This document shows positions 26,021-32,000 of a stretch of DNA of 32,000 nucleotides, piece after piece. The stretch is taken from positions 1,320,001-1,352,000 of the forward strand of contig NZ_CP042905.2 of NCBI RefSeq assembly GCF_008000775.2. The letters are read 5' to 3'. The stretch is from Promethearchaeum syntrophicum. Lineage in GTDB: Archaea; Asgardarchaeota; Lokiarchaeia; Sigyniarchaeales; Promethearchaeaceae. Position numbers and translations under genes: made by a program. The notes under the pieces were generated by a model. It saw only the letters and a program-made list of their open reading frames with translations. It made no database searches and had not been told where the DNA came from. Within the stretch, counting starts at the first letter, position 1, and every line of letters starts with the position of its first letter.

Positions 26021-27148
26021 TTATTGCAAAAAAAAATAATCTTCAGGAGAAGTCCCCAAAGAAATTTGTAAGAAAGGATCTTTTTCATTTGGAATAACTA
26101 ATTCTAAGGTTCCATAAACATGAAATCGTTCTAGCAAGCGAACATTTTCAGTAAACCTTCCACGTAGACTAATAATTTGATATATATCTGTAATTTTTAG
26201 ATAATAATTTCGTAATAAATCGTTTGCTTCATGTATAAGATTATTCGAGTTTTGAATAGAAATATCCGCAATTTGAACACGAGAAGGAGTTGTCCACCAA
26301 AACTCATCATTAACAATTTCTCCAGATATGCCTATTCGACCCAGACTCTTAATTCTTCGAATTTCAAATTGATTTTCATTTTTATATTCTTCTCGATTAG
26401 AGAATTCCAGAAATCGAATGAAAAAATCGCGGTTCCTGAATTTGCCTTGATGTAATTTTCTTACTTCATATCGTAGGAAATTTTGAAATGATATACTGGA
26501 GCCTTTTGCACGAGATTTATACAAATCTCTATAATCTTCGATGGAATAAGCACATAAAGGGTGGTTTTCATCTTGATTTTGATAATTTTTCTTTATCAAA
26601 TTTCTAATCTTGATGCTATTTTCATAACCATATACAATTAGATCGATATCTGAATCTTTGTTTTGAAGTCCCACTAACAGAGATCCAGTTATTCCTATGT
26701 ATTCGAGCGAAACACCACTACTTTCTGATAGATATTGACATAAATCAAGCGCCTCCTTAAGGATTGAAGATGATGAGAAGATTTCTCCAGATTTAAGCAG
26801 GAGTTGAAGAAACATATTTGGTTGGTAATGTTCTCTGATTTCGCTGTTTGTGACTGCTTGCAATGGAAAATAATAATTAGGGTGCGAAAAGAAGTATTCT
26901 GGGTGGTTTTCTTGGATATATTGAAATTTTTCATTAAGTGGAAAAATTTTTTTATAATATTCTAAGGAACATTTTGAATGGTTGAGTCTGTTCCTTCCTT
27001 TAATATCTAAAGAAGATGATTTACTTGTTGGAGCATAACGTATAAATGCGATTGTTTGATCTCGAGGTTGATGAAACCCCTTTATTTCGAAGATATAACC
27101 GCTTTTACTTTCAATAAAATCTCCTTCGATTGAGTAGTTCGGTGTCAT
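26021..27148 (-). CDS. Archaeal nucleotidyltransferase-superfamily protein (COG2413-like)
   Basis: EYIGITGSLLVGLQNKDSDIDLIVYG (GS...DxD catalytic motif); N-terminal GDFIESKSGYIFEIKGFHQPRDQTIAFIRYAP. Confidence 0.8.
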   Translation of the reverse strand: MTPNYSIEGDFIESKSGYIFEIKGFHQPRDQTIAFIRYAPTSKSSSLDIKGRNRLNHSKCSLEYYKKIFPLNEKFQYIQENHPEYFFSHPNYYFPLQAVTNSEIREHYQPNMFLQLLLKSGEIFSSSSILKEALDLCQYLSESSGVSLEYIGITGSLLVGLQNKDSDIDLIVYGYENSIKIRNLIKKNYQNQDENHPLCAYSIEDYRDLYKSRAKGSSISFQNFLRYEVRKLHQGKFRNRDFFIRFLEFSNREEYKNENQFEIRRIKSLGRIGISGEIVNDEFWWTTPSRVQIADISIQNSNNLIHEANDLLRNYYLKITDIYQIISLRGRFTENVRLLERFHVYGTLELVIPNEKDPFLQISLGTSPEDYFFLQ

Positions 27149-27166
27149 TTATGGTAATTCATCCTA

Positions 27167-27757
27167 TTATTCAAAATTCTCTTTGGCTTTTGCCAAGATA
27201 CGGTTGAAAGTTTCAATTATTCCTTTCTTTTTTACCTTCATTTTAAGCCAAGCCATATTAATCGATTTTGCCGATTGATATATATTTACAAAATCACGAA
27301 CATCATTAAAATCTAATAATTCATCATCAGACAAATCTTTGATATCACCTAAGTAAAGAATTTTTCCATACAAAATTTGTTCAATAGATGCAATCGGAAA
27401 GTGTAGATCTTGAAAATTCCATGTTTCAGAATCTTTTATTACTTCAATTTCATCAGAATTTTTCGCTATCTTAAGGTCAATTCTTATGATTGAGTCTTTT
27501 ATAAAAATTGAAGTATTAAATCCTTCATCAATTGCCAATTTTAGTTGAGATTCCATAACTTCGAAATCTTGAGCTTTGAAGGCTTTTATTAATTTTTCAT
27601 GTAAATTTGGTTCATTTTCGATAATAACATCAATATCTGAAGTATTCCGAGGACTACCTCGTAAAATCGCAGCTAGACCTCCTACAATTACATATTTAAC
27701 GTCTGCATCTGTGAGGGCAGTTATTGCTTTTCGAAAAGTAATTTCAAGTTCTGCCAT
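27167..27757 (-). CDS. Nucleotidyltransferase (MNT/AbiEii-like)
   Basis: DVKYVIVGGLAAILRGSPRNTSDIDVIIENEPN, followed by a downstream Asp in SIIRIDLK (third catalytic Asp candidate). Confidence 0.8.
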   Translation of the reverse strand: MAELEITFRKAITALTDADVKYVIVGGLAAILRGSPRNTSDIDVIIENEPNLHEKLIKAFKAQDFEVMESQLKLAIDEGFNTSIFIKDSIIRIDLKIAKNSDEIEVIKDSETWNFQDLHFPIASIEQILYGKILYLGDIKDLSDDELLDFNDVRDFVNIYQSAKSINMAWLKMKVKKKGIIETFNRILAKAKENFE

Positions 27758-28010
27758 TGAAGGATACTCCTCTTCTCTTATGCATTTTACTATATAACAA
27801 TACTAATCTTCTCATTTCTGTTAAAATTTCTTCTGATGTCCACTCTGGGTGTCGTTTATGGATTCCCTCTTTCAGCATTATAATCGTATATTGAGTCATC
27901 TGGTCTGCAATATCAAGAGGATGCCACCCTTTTTCAATAAGATATTTTATGTGGTTTTTATCTTGTCTATATTTTTCCCTGAATCTTCGATGACGAATAT
28001 GAGAAGTCAT
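27744..28010 (-). CDS. Small helical partner protein upstream of the nucleotidyltransferase
   Basis: 88 aa, overlaps the 27167-27757 gene by 14 nt; contains MLKEGIHKRHPEWTSEEILTEMRRLV, resembling small 'GIRxRHPxxSxEEL' proteins I recall as often paired with nucleotidyltransferases. Confidence 0.65.
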   Translation of the reverse strand: MTSHIRHRRFREKYRQDKNHIKYLIEKGWHPLDIADQMTQYTIIMLKEGIHKRHPEWTSEEILTEMRRLVLLYSKMHKRRGVSFNGRT

Positions 28011-28086
28011 TACAATTTATTATATGAAATGTGATAAATTAAATCTTATTAGTAAGAAGGTTTAATAGAACTTCAATTGGTAATTT

Positions 28087-28191
28087 TCAATATTTTTCAT
28101 GGTGAAGTAAATATTTAAGAATGAGCAAACTTATTTGTAAAATTTGGCTGTTTTTACTTTCACCAAAATCCCCTTCGATTGAGAATTTCAC
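28087..28191 (-). pseudogene. Truncated duplicate of the N-terminus of the 26021-27148 gene
   Basis: Minus-strand frame [20 protein letters not shown]... aligns with NYSIEGDFIESKSGYIFEI; nucleotides 28150-28191 and 27108-27149 are visibly similar. The frame stops after 34 codons. Confidence 0.6.
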
Positions 28192-28251
28192 TATTTATCA
28201 ATGAAAAAGTATTCAAAAAAGTTTTTTTCAAAAAAGTTCTTTTTGATAAAT

Positions 28252-28806
28252 ATGAATATTGATTTCAAGGATTTTTTACGAAAATATTTAATTTCCATCG
28301 GAGAAGACCCTAATAGGGAAGGATTACTAGATACTCCGCAAAGGGTTGAAGATGCATATAAATTCTTATTTAAAGGATATAATCAAAATGTGGAAGAAGT
28401 AATAAATGGGGCACTTTTTAAGTCTGAAGCATCGGAAATGATTATTGTGAAAAATATTGAATTATATTCTATGTGTGAACACCACATTCTTCCATTTTTT
28501 GGTAAATGCCATATTGGGTATGTTCCGGAGGAACAATTCATTGGTTTATCAAAAATTGCAAGGATAGTTGATATATTTGCTCGGCGATTACAAATTCAAG
28601 AACGATTAACCAAAGAGATCGGTGAAACCATTATGAAATATACCAATGCTAAAGGTGTGGGTGTTGTTATTGAAGCGCAGCATTTATGTATGATGATGCG
28701 TGGAGTTGAGAAGCAAAATTCTGTAATGACAACATCTTATAATAATGGTGTTTTTAGAAAGGATCCCCGTACTCGTGCAGAATTTATGAGTTTGATTGAT
28801 AAATAA
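28252..28806 (+). CDS. folE: GTP cyclohydrolase I (FolE type)
   Basis: [84 protein letters not shown]. The supplied ORF starts at 28201; the Met at 28252 better fits the family N-terminus. Confidence 0.95.
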   Translation: MNIDFKDFLRKYLISIGEDPNREGLLDTPQRVEDAYKFLFKGYNQNVEEVINGALFKSEASEMIIVKNIELYSMCEHHILPFFGKCHIGYVPEEQFIGLSKIARIVDIFARRLQIQERLTKEIGETIMKYTNAKGVGVVIEAQHLCMMMRGVEKQNSVMTTSYNNGVFRKDPRTRAEFMSLIDK

Positions 28807-28847
28807 TGTACATTATTGTAGGATAGGGGGCAATCAACTTCAATTCT

Positions 28848-29648
28848 TCATAATTTTGTTTTCTTCTGAAATAACTTAATGCCAATAAATATAAATGAGA
28901 CTGTTAACGCGATTAAAATAAGGATTCCTCCCCAAATTGGAATAGTTGTTTCCGTAGCTGTATACCCAATCAGTGAACTACTGTAAAGATTGCTAGTTAA
29001 TCCATCACCTAAGACAGTAAATTGTAAATAAATTTGCTTTGCCCAATAAGGAGGCATAAAATAAACAATAGGGCTTTCAAAAGGAACCATTGCGCCAGAA
29101 GCAAAAATTACGGGCATTATAAATGTTAATGCGATTCCATCTGCCACTTCAGCGTTTTTTGAGAAACTAGCAATAATAATTCCAATTCCTACAGATAATA
29201 TTCCAAATAGTAATGATACGAAAAATCCAATTATGAGTTCAATAAAACCTACAAAATATTGACCTAAAATTCCATAACCCAGAATAAACATCACTAAAAT
29301 TTGAGCAGTTAGAAATGCACTTTCTGAAATGAGAGTCCCAAGGAAAATATTTTTCCTTCCAGTTGGCATTGTATCAAGTCTTTCCAAAATACCTGTTGAT
29401 TTATCTTTTGTAAAAACGATAGCAGCACTAGTTGTTCCCATGCTTGCAGCATATGTAATCATGCCAGGGATTGAATAACTATAAATATCAATTCCGGTTT
29501 CTGGATTTATTTCATGAAACATAAAGTAGAAAATAATAGTAAACATGATCGGAAATCCCATACCGAAAAAAATTGATTGCCAGGTTCGAAATTTTTCTTT
29601 TGTATTTTTAATTGCGATAACTATTGATTTTTGTTCTAATAACTTCAT
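28848..29648 (-). CDS. ABC-2 type transporter permease
   Basis: Multi-TM protein; YSIPGMITYAASMGTTSAAIVFTKDKSTGILERLDTMPTGRKNIFLG is typical ABC-2. It directly abuts the ATPase gene. Confidence 0.9.
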   Translation of the reverse strand: MKLLEQKSIVIAIKNTKEKFRTWQSIFFGMGFPIMFTIIFYFMFHEINPETGIDIYSYSIPGMITYAASMGTTSAAIVFTKDKSTGILERLDTMPTGRKNIFLGTLISESAFLTAQILVMFILGYGILGQYFVGFIELIIGFFVSLLFGILSVGIGIIIASFSKNAEVADGIALTFIMPVIFASGAMVPFESPIVYFMPPYWAKQIYLQFTVLGDGLTSNLYSSSLIGYTATETTIPIWGGILILIALTVSFIFIGIKLFQKKTKL

Positions 29649-30581
29649 TTAATCTCGCAGCCTCCTTCCAGTTAAATTTAGAAAAACATCTTCCAAAGAA
29701 TTTTGCCGAAATTTCATGTTTTCAACTTCAATTATTTTCTCACTCATTTTTTGTAAGATTTTTAAATAATTCTTCATCCCTCCTTTAAATAGGATTAACA
29801 ATGTTTTTTCTCCAAAATCTCTCCAGTTTTGCACAAAGGAAAGACCATCCAGTTGATTCTTCATTATTGAAACATCTTCTTTTTTAAAAAAAATGATTTC
29901 TAAAACGTTTTCTCCACCATGTTCATCTTTTAACTCAGCAGGTTTTCCAGTAGCAATAATTTCTCCATTATCAATAATTGCAATGTGATCACTTAATGCA
30001 TCCGCTTCCAACATATCGTGAGTTAAGAGTATGATTGTATTTCCTTTTCCTTTTAATTCTCGAATAAAATCCCATACTATCCGTCTTGCTTGTGGATCTA
30101 AACCTGCTGTAGGTTCATCAAGAATAAGAATTTTCGGTTCATGAATTATACTCATAGCGAGGTTCAATCTTTTTTTCATACCCCCGCTAAATTTTTTAGC
30201 CCATCTTTTCTTTCCTGCAATACCTAATTTTTGAAGTAATGCATTAGTTCTTTGTTGTGATTCTTTTAATGGAATTCCATGCATTTGAGCTACAAAAATG
30301 ACATTTTCTTCAGCAGTTAATTCATTATAAAAAATATTATCTTGTGGACAGACTCCAATTAATTTAACGATCTCATTTTTTTGAGTTTTAATTGAAAAAT
30401 TATTTAATTTTGCATCACCAGATGATGGAGTCAAGGTTGTAGTAAGCATTCGAATTAAAGTGGTTTTTCCTGCACCATTTGGTCCTAAAAGTCCAAATAA
30501 TTCTCCTTCTTCTACATTCAAAGTGAGATTATTTACCGCTTTCACATCTTTAAAATTTTTACTAATATTTTTAATTTCGAT
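29649..30581 (-). CDS. ABC transporter ATP-binding protein; likely start upstream of the GTG at 30545
   Basis: GLLGPNGAGKTTLIRML (Walker A), KKFSGGMKKRLNLAMSIIHEPKILILDEPTAGLDPQ (signature/Walker B), ILLTHDML. Upstream in-frame IEIKNISKNFKD is the expected first strand and A-loop region but lacks ATG/GTG/TTG. Confidence 0.9.
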   Translation of the reverse strand: MEIKNISKNFKDVKAVNNLTLNVEEGELFGLLGPNGAGKTTLIRMLTTTLTPSSGDAKLNNFSIKTQKNEIVKLIGVCPQDNIFYNELTAEENVIFVAQMHGIPLKESQQRTNALLQKLGIAGKKRWAKKFSGGMKKRLNLAMSIIHEPKILILDEPTAGLDPQARRIVWDFIRELKGKGNTIILLTHDMLEADALSDHIAIIDNGEIIATGKPAELKDEHGGENVLEIIFFKKEDVSIMKNQLDGLSFVQNWRDFGEKTLLILFKGGMKNYLKILQKMSEKIIEVENMKFRQNSLEDVFLNLTGRRLRD

Positions 30582-30771
30582 ACAATTTGAAATTTAAATT
30601 TACACCCCTATATCCTAATATTCCTTTGTTGGATATCTAATTCAACTCTCATTTTAATTTTTTATTAATTTTTATGATGCCATGTACTATCATGTGTTAT
30701 TTAATTTCCTAAATTGTTAATTTAAGGATTATTTATGAAATCATGAAAAAAATTTATATATTGAAAAATTA

Positions 30772-31539
30772 TCAATTGTAATTTTTTAGCCAATTAATTG
30801 AATTTTCAATAAAAAGATCAAGGTGATCATCCTTAAAGTCATGACCTGCTCCCAAAATTTTTACAAATTTATAATCTTCAGTTTGGGGAAAATATTGAAA
30901 AGCTTCAAAGTTCCAATCATAAAGTATTCTTTCATCTTTATCCCCTTGGATTAATAAACTTGGGGTTAAATAATTCGCTAAAGCTCCTTCAACATCGAAA
31001 TTTCTTCCTTCTTTCAAAAAATCATATTGAATCATTAGGGGTTCATTATTTAGTGAAGGCATCAATCGAGGTTTGTTTGAAAATTTCGATATTAAAAAAG
31101 CCATAATAAAATGAAATTTCTTAACGTGTCGTGTAAAATAAAAAGCGGGTGCCCAAAAAATGGTTGCTCTTATGTTATCCAGATTTGCAGCTAAAGTGGT
31201 TAATCCTCCAAAACTTAAGCCCAATACGTTTATCTTATTATATCCTTTAGATTTTACCCATTCATGAACATCTTTTAAATCTTGAACTTGCTTTGACAGT
31301 GTTATTGGTTCGCGAGGATTTTTTCCCGATCCAGAAAAATCGAAGGTCACAGCGTCAAATCCTGCTTTGTTGAAATTCAGCGCGGTTTTTGTAAATCGCC
31401 CCCATTCTGTTTGATCTCCACCGAAACCATGACATATGATTACAACAACTGTTTTTTCATATGGTTGACCCGTTTCAAAATGAAGTCCATTTAAATTTCC
31501 CTTTGTGCTTCTGGGGATACTAATAATTTTTTGAGACAT
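30772..31539 (-). CDS. Alpha/beta hydrolase
   Basis: VVVIICHGFGGDQTEWGR, VTFDFSGSG, INVLGLSFGG nucleophile elbow (GLSFGG), LLIQGDKDERI, GAGHDF. Confidence 0.9.
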   Translation of the reverse strand: MSQKIISIPRSTKGNLNGLHFETGQPYEKTVVVIICHGFGGDQTEWGRFTKTALNFNKAGFDAVTFDFSGSGKNPREPITLSKQVQDLKDVHEWVKSKGYNKINVLGLSFGGLTTLAANLDNIRATIFWAPAFYFTRHVKKFHFIMAFLISKFSNKPRLMPSLNNEPLMIQYDFLKEGRNFDVEGALANYLTPSLLIQGDKDERILYDWNFEAFQYFPQTEDYKFVKILGAGHDFKDDHLDLFIENSINWLKNYN

Positions 31540-31583
31540 TAATTCTAATTGTAGATTTCTTATCTTAAATCTTTAGAAGACTT

Positions 31584-32000
31584 TTAAGATTGTATGTAAG
31601 ACATCCCTAATTTTAGGGCTAATTCAGCTTTTATTAGTTCTTTTCCTAAATATGCTGCATGATCAAGCTTTGACACTAAATTGGATTTAATTATCATTTT
31701 ATAAAGAGATTCAGCGTTATCACCTACAAGAGTTAGAGTGGCATCTTTAAAATTTACAGAATTATTAAAATGTGTGATCATGATTTGTTTCTTTTTCTCA
31801 TCTATGTAAATCTTAAAATATCCTTTAGGATCCATAATAGCTGGTTGGTCAATAAAATCAATTTGTTTAATAGGTTCATTAAATGAAATATACTTGGGAA
31901 AATCTTGTTTTGACTTAAATTGGAACGCAGTAATTCCTAAATTCAAAGGAGGCACATGCAATTGATTTGCATAATAAGCTAATTTTATGCTTTCGCTCAA
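31584..32000 (-). CDS. DUF4346-like C-terminal region of a larger protein (truncated at window edge)
   Basis: DPKGYFKIYIDEKKKQIMITHF...LVSKLDHAAYLGKELIKAELALKLGMSYIQS resembles the DUF4346 signature. The listed start lies at the window edge and is probably internal. Confidence 0.65.
   Translation of the reverse strand: MSESIKLAYYANQLHVPPLNLGITAFQFKSKQDFPKYISFNEPIKQIDFIDQPAIMDPKGYFKIYIDEKKKQIMITHFNNSVNFKDATLTLVGDNAESLYKMIIKSNLVSKLDHAAYLGKELIKAELALKLGMSYIQS

Noticed and set aside
28205-28248. 'ttcaaaaaagt' short tandem repeats near the folE start
   Set aside because: A-rich and T-rich low-complexity sequence just before the likely true start at 28252. No hairpin or conserved pattern supports a riboswitch or other element.
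1-32000. CRISPR array, transposon or prophage
   Set aside because: I saw no regularly spaced direct repeats, transposase or integrase motifs, or phage structural proteins. The only repeats are the serpin array and the short nucleotidyltransferase fragment.

Overview
AT-rich archaeal window. The archaeal/eukaryotic-type ribosomal stalk operon (L11-L1-L10/P0-P1/L12), type 2 methionine aminopeptidase, type II IPP isomerase and an endonuclease-Q-like protein identify the domain. An Asgard/Lokiarchaeia-like origin is plausible but is inference only. Most of the window is chromosomal housekeeping and metabolic genes, with no phage, IS element or CRISPR array that I can support. The best candidates for something new are: (1) a tight co-directional cassette at 106-5492, made of a 705-aa orphan with a predicted Ig-like beta-sandwich, Val/Ile-Pro charged repeats and a helical region, then a GCS2-like carboxylate-amine ligase and an amidohydrolase in which one expected metal-ligand His appears to be Asp; (2) three tandem N-terminally anchored serpins, two of which look recently homogenised over their 3' third, including the reactive loop; (3) two genes, rpl1 and an ABC ATPase, whose conserved N-termini extend upstream of any ATG/GTG/TTG, suggesting non-canonical initiation; (4) a nucleotidyltransferase cluster with a small partner protein and a truncated duplicate of one gene's 5' end. 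I also found an unlisted 54-aa zinc-ribbon ORF and a tRNA-Arg(CCU) with encoded CCA. All family calls come from reading motifs; no database or structure search was run.
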